Below are positions 8,390 to 17,486 of a stretch of 37,340 nt of DNA, in pieces (the stretch's first letter is position 1; each line of letters begins with the position of its first letter). A program made the translations under genes and the position numbers. This DNA comes from a virus: the UHGV virus genome UHGV-0142298, one strand, 5' to 3'. The notes under the pieces are model-generated. The model worked only from the letters and a program-made list of their open reading frames with translations. It searched no databases and had not been told where the DNA came from.

Positions 8390-8425
8390 CTACGCCAGAA
8401 TAATTGCTGGCGTTTTTCTTTTTGA
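8390..8425 (+). terminator. Intrinsic terminator upstream of the lysis cassette (tR'-like position)
   Basis: ACGCCAG-AATAATTG-CTGGCGT hairpin followed by TTTTTCTTTTT. Confidence 0.55.
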
Positions 8426-8513
8426 ATAGATGTTCGGGCCTTACGCTAATGTAACTTCTTTCCTTCTTCGAACCAAACCGTGTACACCATCCGTTATCTG
8501 CGGAGGTGAGGCT

Positions 8514-8729
8514 ATGAAATCCATGGATAAGTTAACAACGGGCATCGCCTACAGCACCTCTGCAGGCAGTGCTGGCTACTGGTTTTTACAGTTGCTCGAT
8601 AAAGTCACGCCCTCACAGTGGGCGGCAATAGGTGTATTGGGTAGTCTGGTATTTGGCATGCTGACGTATCTGACAAACCTTTATTTCAAGATTAAAGAAG
8701 ACAGGCGTAAGGTTGCGAGAAGAGAGTAA
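8514..8729 (+). CDS. essQ: Class II holin (phage 21 S-type pinholin-like)
   Basis: 71 aa from [10 protein letters not shown] with two TM segments and a charged C-terminus ([13 protein letters not shown]); directly upstream of a SAR endolysin. Confidence 0.75.
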   Translation: MKSMDKLTTGIAYSTSAGSAGYWFLQLLDKVTPSQWAAIGVLGSLVFGMLTYLTNLYFKIKEDRRKVARRE

Positions 8730-8733
8730 TCCA

Positions 8734-9285
8734 ATGACTCAAGACTATGAACTGGTTGTGAAAGGAGTTCGCAATTTTGAGAATAAAGTGGCGGTAACTG
8801 TAGCCTTACGGGACAAAAAACACTTTGACGGTGAAATTTTTGACCTGGACATCTCGCTGGACCGTGTTGAAGGTGCCGCGCTGGAGTTTTATGAGGCAGC
8901 AGCCAGAAGGAGCATCAGACAGGTCTTCCTGGATGTTGCTGCCGGGTTATGTGAAGGGGATGAGCAGTCGCCGGAAAAGCGCCCCATAATTTTAGAGGCG
9001 CAGAATGTGTGGATAACCTACAAAGGAAAGCTACCGGGAAGAATTACTGGTTCTCTGAAGACGCCACCGACGGCATTGCGGTCAGAAAAAGATGATATTG
9101 AATCGCCCATTGAAAAACTGGAGGGCAGCGTCGCTGATCTGAATAAAAAATTGTCGGTGCTGATTCCTTCTGAAGATGAAAAAAAACGCCGCGATGAGCA
9201 GTTTGCGGCGTTTTACGATTATTGCATTGAAGTTACTCGCAGGAATTTTGTGAAGATTTTTGAGGAGGGTAAATCTCTTCAGTAA
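8734..9285 (+). CDS. Hypothetical protein inserted between holin and endolysin (YdfR/DUF1327-like N-terminus, extended C-terminus)
   Basis: ORF from MTQDYELVVKGVRNFENK; sits where ydfR lies in Qin-type lysis cassettes but is about 80 aa longer; start may instead be 8713. Confidence 0.45.
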   Translation: MTQDYELVVKGVRNFENKVAVTVALRDKKHFDGEIFDLDISLDRVEGAALEFYEAAARRSIRQVFLDVAAGLCEGDEQSPEKRPIILEAQNVWITYKGKLPGRITGSLKTPPTALRSEKDDIESPIEKLEGSVADLNKKLSVLIPSEDEKKRRDEQFAAFYDYCIEVTRRNFVKIFEEGKSLQ

Positions 9286-9493
9286 GCTTATTGGCGGACG
9301 CTGCAATTAATTCAGGAAGGTCCGCAAGGTCATCTGTCAGTGGATATGATGAAAAATCGGCGGCAGTTCTGTTAAGAAGCGCTTTAACTAATTCCTTTTC
9401 CTTCTCCGGCAACAAGTTGATTAGAGCTACGACTGCTTGCCTGAGTGCGATTAAATCAGCAAAAGTTTGTTTAGGTAGATTTGTGTAATCCAT
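9233..9493 (-). CDS. Hypothetical small protein, convergent with the 8734-9285 gene
   Basis: 86-aa minus-strand ORF inside the lysis cassette, overlapping the 3' end of the upstream gene; no motif; could be spurious. Confidence 0.2.
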   Translation of the reverse strand: MDYTNLPKQTFADLIALRQAVVALINLLPEKEKELVKALLNRTAADFSSYPLTDDLADLPELIAASANKLTEEIYPPQKSSQNSCE

Positions 9494-9606
9494 AGTCGCC
9501 TCTGTGTTTATCAGATTGACATCCTCCTCCCGCCAGTGCCCATCACTGGTGAGGTAAGATTTAACATATCCGGGGATTTGAAGCCGATAAATCCTGATAA
9601 ATATCC

Positions 9607-10634
<1,028 letters not shown>

Positions 10635-10997
10635 ATTAATATTAAATCGGATTATTTTTAGCGCTGAATGTGAAATTTAAATAAAAAGGACTCTTCCATG
10701 AGTCAAAATCCTTGAAATCTTAAGGGTAAGATAAAAGGTCATTAGACAGAATGACACGTTTTATTAATAAATAAAGCTATTGTTTCATTCGTGTGTTTTT
10801 CTTTACAAAAGTAATCCTTGCTATGGTTGGTTAATCATGCGTTAATGGTGTTCTGGTTTGTTACAAAATTATCTGAAGCAGTCATTGTTATAATTTTATT
10901 ATTTGTACCTCTTGAGATTTCCTTGTTGGTTTTTCTCTCTGATATTTTTTTTCGGACCATTCTGCCCAAGGGCTAACTTCTTCAAAAGGTAATAATG

Positions 10998-11210
10998 ATG
11001 TCTAACAAAATGACTGGTTTAGTGAAATGGTTTAACCCTGAAAAAGGTTTTGGTTTCATCACGCCGAAAGATGGTAGCAAAGATGTGTTTGTCCATTTCT
11101 CAGCTATTCAGAGCAACGATTTCAAAACGTTAACTGAGAATCAGGAAGTCGAATTTGGTATTGAGAACGGACCTAAAGGCCCCGCGGCTGTTCATGTTGT
11201 GGCACTTTGA
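10998..11210 (+). CDS. cspI: Cold-shock protein (CspA family)
   Basis: [23 protein letters not shown]...VFVHFSAIQ contains the RNP1/RNP2 motifs of CspA-family proteins; long AT-rich leader upstream (10640-10995). Confidence 0.8.
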   Translation: MSNKMTGLVKWFNPEKGFGFITPKDGSKDVFVHFSAIQSNDFKTLTENQEVEFGIENGPKGPAAVHVVAL

Positions 11211-11409
11211 GGTAGATAATATTACAAACCATATTCACTTTAGATGCCCGTGTTGCCATGGTTCTCAGTATAGAACATCATCTTTTGATGTTTCTGACAG
11301 GAATCCTTTCGGGGCAAAATGTATCTTTTGTAAATCAATGATGATTACATTTGATAATATTTCACAATACTTAAATGTTAGCCGTCTATCGTTAGATTTA
11401 AGAAAGTGA
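11194..11409 (+). CDS. Possible small zinc-ribbon protein
   Basis: ORF with CPCCHG...CIFC spacing, ending just before a strong terminator; start unclear and overlaps the cspI 3' end. Confidence 0.2.
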   Translation: MLWHFEVDNITNHIHFRCPCCHGSQYRTSSFDVSDRNPFGAKCIFCKSMMITFDNISQYLNVSRLSLDLRK

Positions 11410-11411
11410 AA

Positions 11412-11440
11412 ATGAAGGCTCCTTCGGGAGCTTTTTTTCT
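11412..11440 (+). terminator. Intrinsic terminator
   Basis: GAAGGCTCC-TTCG-GGAGCTT hairpin followed by a T7 run. Confidence 0.65.
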
Positions 11441-11481
11441 TAGTGTCTAGTCGATGGATACTCACATAATACGGTAACATT

Positions 11482-11712
11482 ATGAAAAAAATAATAGTTT
11501 TTTTTAACTCTGAACCAGCAATGGTAGTGCCAGTGATGACCGGAGTTAACACCATCATGCGTGAATATCCAAATGGCGAAACAACACACCTCACTGTAAT
11601 GGCTGCAGGGTTTCCATCTCTGACCGGAGATCATAAAGTCATTTATGTAGCAGCGGATCGACATGTAACTTCAGAAGAAATTCTGGAAGCAGCAATGAGA
11701 CTCTTGAATTGA
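11482..11712 (+). CDS. Hypothetical protein
   Basis: 76-aa ORF in the AT-rich post-lysis accessory region; no motif. Confidence 0.35.
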   Translation: MKKIIVFFNSEPAMVVPVMTGVNTIMREYPNGETTHLTVMAAGFPSLTGDHKVIYVAADRHVTSEEILEAAMRLLN

Positions 11713-11884
11713 TTTGATTCTAATGCATTGATAATAAATGATAATCATCTTTATCTGTTTGTGTGAAATTTAGACCGTCGTATGTTGATTATTGCGATGT
11801 TTCATCTTATCTTTTATACGTTTGCTCCATATAATTGACACTACTGTGTACCAGGAAAGTCATAACAGACTAAAAGAGGAAATG

Positions 11885-12058
11885 ATGAACATTGAAGAGT
11901 TAAAAACAAAAACAGAAGCAGATATTTCTGAATATATAACAAAAAAAATCATTGAGCTTAAGAAAAAGACCGGGAAAGAAGTTACCAGTATCCAGTTTAC
12001 TGCACGGGAAAAAATGACTGGTCTTGAAAGCTATGATATCAAGATTGATTTAATCTAG
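11885..12058 (+). CDS. gnsB: Gns-family small protein (GnsA/GnsB-like)
   Basis: 57-aa product MNIEELKTKTEADISEYITKKIIELKKKTGKEVTSIQFTAREKMTGLESYDIKIDLI matches the remembered Gns pattern; RBS AGAGGA upstream. Confidence 0.5.
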   Translation: MNIEELKTKTEADISEYITKKIIELKKKTGKEVTSIQFTAREKMTGLESYDIKIDLI

Positions 12059-12351
12059 TCTGTTTAGTATTAGCATCAATTTCTCATCAGATGCTATTCA
12101 ACAATACAAATTACCCATAAACCTCGTTTTTACGGGGTTTTGTTATATTTAAACATTACCGAATAGGTATAAATCTCGATTGTCGATGGTATTGGTTGTG
12201 TGACAATACCTAGTCTTTCCGGTATGCCTGATGAGAATACAAACGACAGATTATGTAAGGGAAACGCGCTGAATCTTTAACTCTTTCATGCTGAGTGATT
12301 TGACGTTATATTTTTAGCCGTAAGTGAAGAGCAAACGCATGGAGCGACAAA

Positions 12352-12558
12352 ATGCATAAAGATCAATACACTGATGCCCCCTCCCAGGAGCAGGTTCGTG
12401 TAAAAACTATGCTTAATAGCACCATTTCGATGGGTTACCCGGATGTTGTAATTGCATGTATAGAACATCAAGTGTCTCTGGAAGCATTCAGGGCAATTGA
12501 GGCCGCGTTAGTAAAGCACGATAAGAATACGAAGGATTATTCCCTGGTGGTTGACTGA
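12352..12558 (+). CDS. Hypothetical small protein (YbcW/YnfN-like prophage family)
   Basis: 68-aa ORF with RBS GGAG; pattern [20 protein letters not shown]...LVKHD recalled from small lambdoid prophage genes near the lysis/terminase junction. Confidence 0.45.
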   Translation: MHKDQYTDAPSQEQVRVKTMLNSTISMGYPDVVIACIEHQVSLEAFRAIEAALVKHDKNTKDYSLVVD

Positions 12559-12914
12559 TCACCATAACTGCTAACCATTCTGACCATTTCACAAGTGACA
12601 GAGTCAATATCGTATTCTGTCACTGTCAGGCTAATACAGCAATGCAATTCAACTACAGCAATGCCTCGTATTTAGGTGAATTTACAATATCGTCCAGTTC
12701 GGATGCCGGCTGCATTTCTGAAGATAAGGCATTTCGGTTCTCGTATTTTCCCCTCATGCTCGTCAGTCCTGCGCGTAGTAAGAAACAGGACACTCACACT
12801 AATTTGTGTGGGCATGCTGTGATGTCCTTCTGAATTATCCCCATGCCATTATGTAAAGCTCTGTTACAGATGCTCGTCACGGTTGTCAGGCTGTCGGGTC
12901 CTCCCAGTGGGGGG

Positions 12915-12950
12915 CCCTGCCACGGGGCGGGAGCGTCGCGGAAAAAGGCT
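12915..12950. other. Candidate cos site (cosN-like GC-rich core upstream of terminase)
   Basis: CACGGGGCGGGAGCGTCGCGG resembles the lambda cosN context (ACGGGGCGGCGACCTCGCGGG); AT-rich cosB-like tract follows up to the terS start. Confidence 0.3.
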
Positions 12951-13108
12951 AGTTTTTGCATTTCCATGGCGGCGGCAGCATGTTTGGTAATTTATTGATA
13001 ATTAAAAGTTATTTCCCTTTTCACCTGTACAATATTTTTTTCTTCCTGTCATTAGACCAGTTTGCAATTAATTGAAATATATAAATAAACCTGATTTTCA
13101 CCTGCCAG

Positions 13109-13648
13109 ATGGAGTTGCTTATGTCAAATGTGAGCGGGATCGGTGATGCTTATTACTGGAGTGTTTTTAAAATCGCCGAGGCCTTTGGGCTTCACCGGGA
13201 CACAGTAAAAAAACGGCTCCTCGCGGCCAACACTCCTGTGGCTGCGACTGTCAGGGGGAACCCCGTTTACGCCCTGCAGCATGTCGGGCCCGCCCTGTTT
13301 AGTGTGAAGCATGAGGCAGCAGACTCTGTTCATGATCCATCCCGTATGGAGCCGAAAGAGAGAAAGGACTGGTACCAGTCTGAAAATGAAAGGATCAAGC
13401 TGGAAAAGGAGCAGCGAAAACTCATCCCAGTTGATGAAGTAGTCATCGTCTATTCGTCCATGAGAAAGGCTGTCGTCCAGGTTCTGGAGACAATTCCGGA
13501 TGTTCTTGAACGCGATTGCGCTCTGACTCCTCAGGCCGTCGGCGTTGTACAGCAGGCCATTGATGACCTGCGATACACTCTTCAGGAAAAATCCTACGAG
13601 GCTTGTGCTGCTGAATTAATTCCTGATGAGGAAGGAGAGAGTCTCTAG
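13109..13648 (+). CDS. Terminase small subunit
   Basis: 179-aa ORF immediately upstream of the large terminase, downstream of the cos-like sequence. Confidence 0.6.
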   Translation: MELLMSNVSGIGDAYYWSVFKIAEAFGLHRDTVKKRLLAANTPVAATVRGNPVYALQHVGPALFSVKHEAADSVHDPSRMEPKERKDWYQSENERIKLEKEQRKLIPVDEVVIVYSSMRKAVVQVLETIPDVLERDCALTPQAVGVVQQAIDDLRYTLQEKSYEACAAELIPDEEGESL

Positions 13649-13656
13649 GAGGAATA

Positions 13657-15756
13657 ATGGGTTTTTCATCAGCCCGAAATTTGGGAAGGGACATATCGGC
13701 AGGATTTTCCCCACCACGTCGCATGCCGATTTCGGAGGCTGTTAAAAAATTCATGCGTGTTCCCAAGGGGGCTGGTAACTCGGTGCCATGGGATCCTGAA
13801 CTGACACCCTACATCATTGAGCCCATGAACTGCCTGGCATCGCGTGAATACGATGCGGTGATTTTTGTTGGTCCTGCGCGAACAGGGAAGACCATTGGTC
13901 TGATCGATGGATGGATTGTCTATACCATCGTTTGCGATCCTTCGGACATGCTCGTTGTGCAGATGACCGAAGATAAGGCCCGCGAGCATTCTAAAAAGCG
14001 CCTCGACAGAACGTTCAGAAGCAGTGCGGCGGTAAAGAAAAGAATGAGTCCACGTCGTAACGACAATAATGTCCATGATAAGACGTTCAGGGATGGCTCG
14101 TTCCTTAAAATTGGTTGGCCCTCGGTCAACATTATGTCGTCGTCGGATTACCGGTTTGTCGCCTTAACCGATTACGACCGTTTTCCGGAGAATATCGACA
14201 GCGAGGGTGATGGTTTCTCCCTGGCCTCAAAACGTACCACCACATTTATGTCCGCCGGGATGACTCTGGTGGAGAGCTCGCCGGGACGTGACATCTGCGA
14301 CAGCAAATGGCGACGTAAGTCGCCTCATGAAGCGCCACCGACGACTGGTATTCTTTCCCTTTACAATCGTGGTGACCGCCGCCGCTGGTACTGGCCATGT
14401 CCGCACTGCGGTGAATATTTTCAGCCAGCTATGGATGCCATGACCGGCTACCGTAATGAACCGGATCCCTTTAAAGCCAGTGAGGCGGCGTATCTACTTT
14501 GCCCGCACTGCAGCGGCATTATCACTGCGGAGAAAAAGCGTGAGCTCAATAGTGCAGGAGTCTGGTTGCGTGAAGGTCAGGTCATTGATCGTAACGGCAA
14601 CGTTTCCGGTGAACCGCGCCGCTCCCGTATCGCCAGTTTCTGGATGGAAGGGCCAGCTGCTGCGTATCAGACCTGGGCGCAACTGGTTTACAAATTACTG
14701 ACTGCAGAACAGGAGTATGAAGCGACAGGAAGCGAAGAAACACTCAGGGCGGTTATCAACACCGACTGGGGATTGCCTTATCTTCCTCGTGCCAGCATGG
14801 AGCAACGAAAAAGTGAACTGCTTGAGCAGCGGGCAGAGCCAGTTCCTTCCTGCAGTGTGCCGGATGGCGTTAATTTCCTTGTGGCGACAGTGGATGTGCA
14901 GGCGGGACGTCATCGCCGTTTTGTGGTTCAGGTAACTGGCTATGGCAGTCGTGGCGAACGCTGGATTATTGATCGTTACAATATCACGCAGTCATTGCGC
15001 AGTGACTGCGACGGGGAGAGCCAGCGAATTGATCCGGCCAGCTATCCGGAAGACTGGGATGTCCTGCTGACGGATGTTTTTCATAAAAGCTGGCCGCTGG
15101 CCTCCGATCCTTCTCAACAAATGCGACTGATGGCAATGGCGGTGGACTCCGGCGGTGAAGACGGGGTCACTGATAATGCCTATAAATTCTGGCGTCGTTG
15201 CCGTCGTGATGGCCTTGGTAAACGTATTTACCTGTTTAAGGGCGACAGCATCCGGCGCGCAAAACTGATCACCCGTACATTCCCTGATAACACCGGACGA
15301 ACGGGCCGACGGGCGCAGGCCGCAGGTGATGTGCCGCTCTGGCTTCTTCAGACGGATGCACTGAAAGACCGGGTGAATAACGCGTTATGGCGTGACTCGC
15401 CAGGTCCCGGCTATGTGCATTTCCCTGACTGGCTGGGGAGCTGGTTTTACGACGAACTGACGTATGAAGAGCGGAGCAGTGACGGGAAATGGAGTAAGCC
15501 GGGTCGCGGTGCCAACGAAGCTTTTGACCTGATGGTGTATGCCGAGGCTCTGGTCATTCTGCATGGATACGAAAAGATCCGCTGGCCGGATGCACCGGAG
15601 TGGGCGAGCCGGGAAACCTGGCTGGAGTGTGTCCCGGACAGTACCGAACCGTCACCCTCACCGGAACCGGTATCCACGCCTGTTAAAAAACAAAAACGGA
15701 AGAAAACAGTAACTGACGATGTTAACCCCTGGCTGACTTCCGGAGGATGGTTATGA
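13657..15756 (+). CDS. Terminase large subunit (lambda gpA family)
   Basis: 699 aa; Walker A-like VGPARTGKT; size and position match gpA. Confidence 0.85.
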   Translation: MGFSSARNLGRDISAGFSPPRRMPISEAVKKFMRVPKGAGNSVPWDPELTPYIIEPMNCLASREYDAVIFVGPARTGKTIGLIDGWIVYTIVCDPSDMLVVQMTEDKAREHSKKRLDRTFRSSAAVKKRMSPRRNDNNVHDKTFRDGSFLKIGWPSVNIMSSSDYRFVALTDYDRFPENIDSEGDGFSLASKRTTTFMSAGMTLVESSPGRDICDSKWRRKSPHEAPPTTGILSLYNRGDRRRWYWPCPHCGEYFQPAMDAMTGYRNEPDPFKASEAAYLLCPHCSGIITAEKKRELNSAGVWLREGQVIDRNGNVSGEPRRSRIASFWMEGPAAAYQTWAQLVYKLLTAEQEYEATGSEETLRAVINTDWGLPYLPRASMEQRKSELLEQRAEPVPSCSVPDGVNFLVATVDVQAGRHRRFVVQVTGYGSRGERWIIDRYNITQSLRSDCDGESQRIDPASYPEDWDVLLTDVFHKSWPLASDPSQQMRLMAMAVDSGGEDGVTDNAYKFWRRCRRDGLGKRIYLFKGDSIRRAKLITRTFPDNTGRTGRRAQAAGDVPLWLLQTDALKDRVNNALWRDSPGPGYVHFPDWLGSWFYDELTYEERSSDGKWSKPGRGANEAFDLMVYAEALVILHGYEKIRWPDAPEWASRETWLECVPDSTEPSPSPEPVSTPVKKQKRKKTVTDDVNPWLTSGGWL

Positions 15757-15965
15757 ACCAGAATGATATCGAAGCCATGATTCAGCGTTATACGGAAGCT
15801 GAAATGGCGGTGCTGGACGGAAAATCCGTCACCTTTAATGGTCAGCAGATGACCATGGAAAACTTATCTGAGATCCGGCAGGGACGGCAGGAGTGGGAGC
15901 GCCGCCTTGCGGCTCTGATTACACGACGACGGGGGCATCCCGGGTACCGGCTGGCGAGGTTCTGA
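15753..15965 (+). CDS. Head-tail joining protein (gpW-like)
   Basis: About 70 aa; start overlaps the terminase stop (ATGA), RBS GGAGG; C-terminal RRRG.PG motif as in lambda W. Confidence 0.65.
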   Translation: MNQNDIEAMIQRYTEAEMAVLDGKSVTFNGQQMTMENLSEIRQGRQEWERRLAALITRRRGHPGYRLARF

Positions 15966-17473
15966 TGGCAATTCTTGATGATGTGATTGGCGTTTTTTCA
16001 CCAGGATGGAAAGCGGCAAGGCTGCGTTCCCGGGCGGTGATCCAGGCTTATGAGGCCGTAAAAACGACGCGGACACACAAAGCCCGGCGGGAAAACCGAA
16101 CTGCCGACCAGTTAAGCCTCTACGGGGCCGTGTCGTTACGTGAGCAGGCCCGTTACCTTGATAACAACCACGATCTGGTCATTGGTGTATTTGACAAGCT
16201 GGAAGAACGGGTGGTGGGGAAAAACGGGATTATTGTCGAGCCACATCCGGTATTACGCAATGGGGCCATTGCCCGTGATCTGGCAGCGGAGATACGCACC
16301 CGATGGAGTGAATGGTCTGTCAGTCCGGAAGTTACCGGGCAGTTTACCCGTCCGATGCTGGAACGTCTGATGCTGCGTACCTGGCTGCGCGATGGTGAGG
16401 TGTTTGCCCAGATGGTTTCCGGGCGCATAAACAGCCTGACGCCTTCTGCCGGTGTTCATTTCTGGCTGGAGGCACTCGAGCCAGACTTTATTCCCATGAC
16501 CAGTGATGAGAGCAACAGGCTGAATCAGGGCGTGTTTGTTGATGACTGGGGGCGTCCCGAAAAATATCTGGTGTATAAAAGTCGTCCTGTATCCGGACGG
16601 CAGATGGAAACCAAAGAAGTGGATGCAGAGCGAATGCTGCATCTTAAATTTGTTCGCCGTCTGCACCAGATGCGCGGGACGTCTTTATTGTCCGGTGTGC
16701 TGATCCGCCTCAGTGCCCTGAAAGAATATGAAGATTCTGAGCTGACTGCAGCAAGGATCGCTGCTGCTCTGGGGATGTACATCCGCAAAGGCGACGGACA
16801 GAGCTATGAAACGGATGGTAATGACAGCAAGGAGAATGAACGCGAGCTTACCATTCAGCCAGGCATTATTTACGACGATCTGAAACCCGGCGAAGAAATC
16901 GGAATGGTGAAGTCGGATCGCCCCAATCCTAACCTTGAAACTTTTCGTAATGGTCAGTTGCGTGCCGTGGCGGCGGGCAGTCGTCTGAGTTTTTCCAGTA
17001 CAGCGCGCAACTATAACGGCACTTACAGCGCCCAGCGTCAGGAGCTGGTTGAATCCACTGATGGCTACCTGATCCTGCAGGACTGGTTTATTGGTGCCGT
17101 CACCCGCCCGATGTATCGTGCCTGGCTGAAACAGGCTGTGGCATCCGGTGTTATCAGGCTACCCCGCGATCTTGACCGTTCTTCACTGTATACCGCGGTG
17201 TATTCCGGACCGGTGATGCCGTGGATTGACCCTGCTAAGGAGGCTGAGGCCTGGAAAATTCAGATTCGTGGTGGAGCGGCGACAGAATCAGACTGGGTAC
17301 GTGCAGGTGGTCGTAATCCGGATGATGTCAAACGTCGGCGCAAGGCAGAAATTGATGAAAACCGCAAGCTGGATCTGGTATTTGATACCGATCCGGCCAG
17401 TGATAAAGGAGGCAGCAGTGCCGCAACGAAACGACAGGAGCCGCAGCACACCGACGACCAGTCCGAAGAATAA
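15965..17473 (+). CDS. Portal protein (gpB family)
   Basis: About 500 aa from MAILDD; start overlaps the W stop (TGATG); size and order as lambda B. Confidence 0.8.
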   Translation: MAILDDVIGVFSPGWKAARLRSRAVIQAYEAVKTTRTHKARRENRTADQLSLYGAVSLREQARYLDNNHDLVIGVFDKLEERVVGKNGIIVEPHPVLRNGAIARDLAAEIRTRWSEWSVSPEVTGQFTRPMLERLMLRTWLRDGEVFAQMVSGRINSLTPSAGVHFWLEALEPDFIPMTSDESNRLNQGVFVDDWGRPEKYLVYKSRPVSGRQMETKEVDAERMLHLKFVRRLHQMRGTSLLSGVLIRLSALKEYEDSELTAARIAAALGMYIRKGDGQSYETDGNDSKENERELTIQPGIIYDDLKPGEEIGMVKSDRPNPNLETFRNGQLRAVAAGSRLSFSSTARNYNGTYSAQRQELVESTDGYLILQDWFIGAVTRPMYRAWLKQAVASGVIRLPRDLDRSSLYTAVYSGPVMPWIDPAKEAEAWKIQIRGGAATESDWVRAGGRNPDDVKRRRKAEIDENRKLDLVFDTDPASDKGGSSAATKRQEPQHTDDQSEE

Positions 17474-17486
17474 TTCCTGGTTCAGG

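Noticed and set aside
12560-13100. Possible tRNA gene in the intergenic region before terminase
   Set aside because: No convincing cloverleaf with GTTC-type T-loop and acceptor-stem pairing seen by eye; the region is better explained as cos/cosB.
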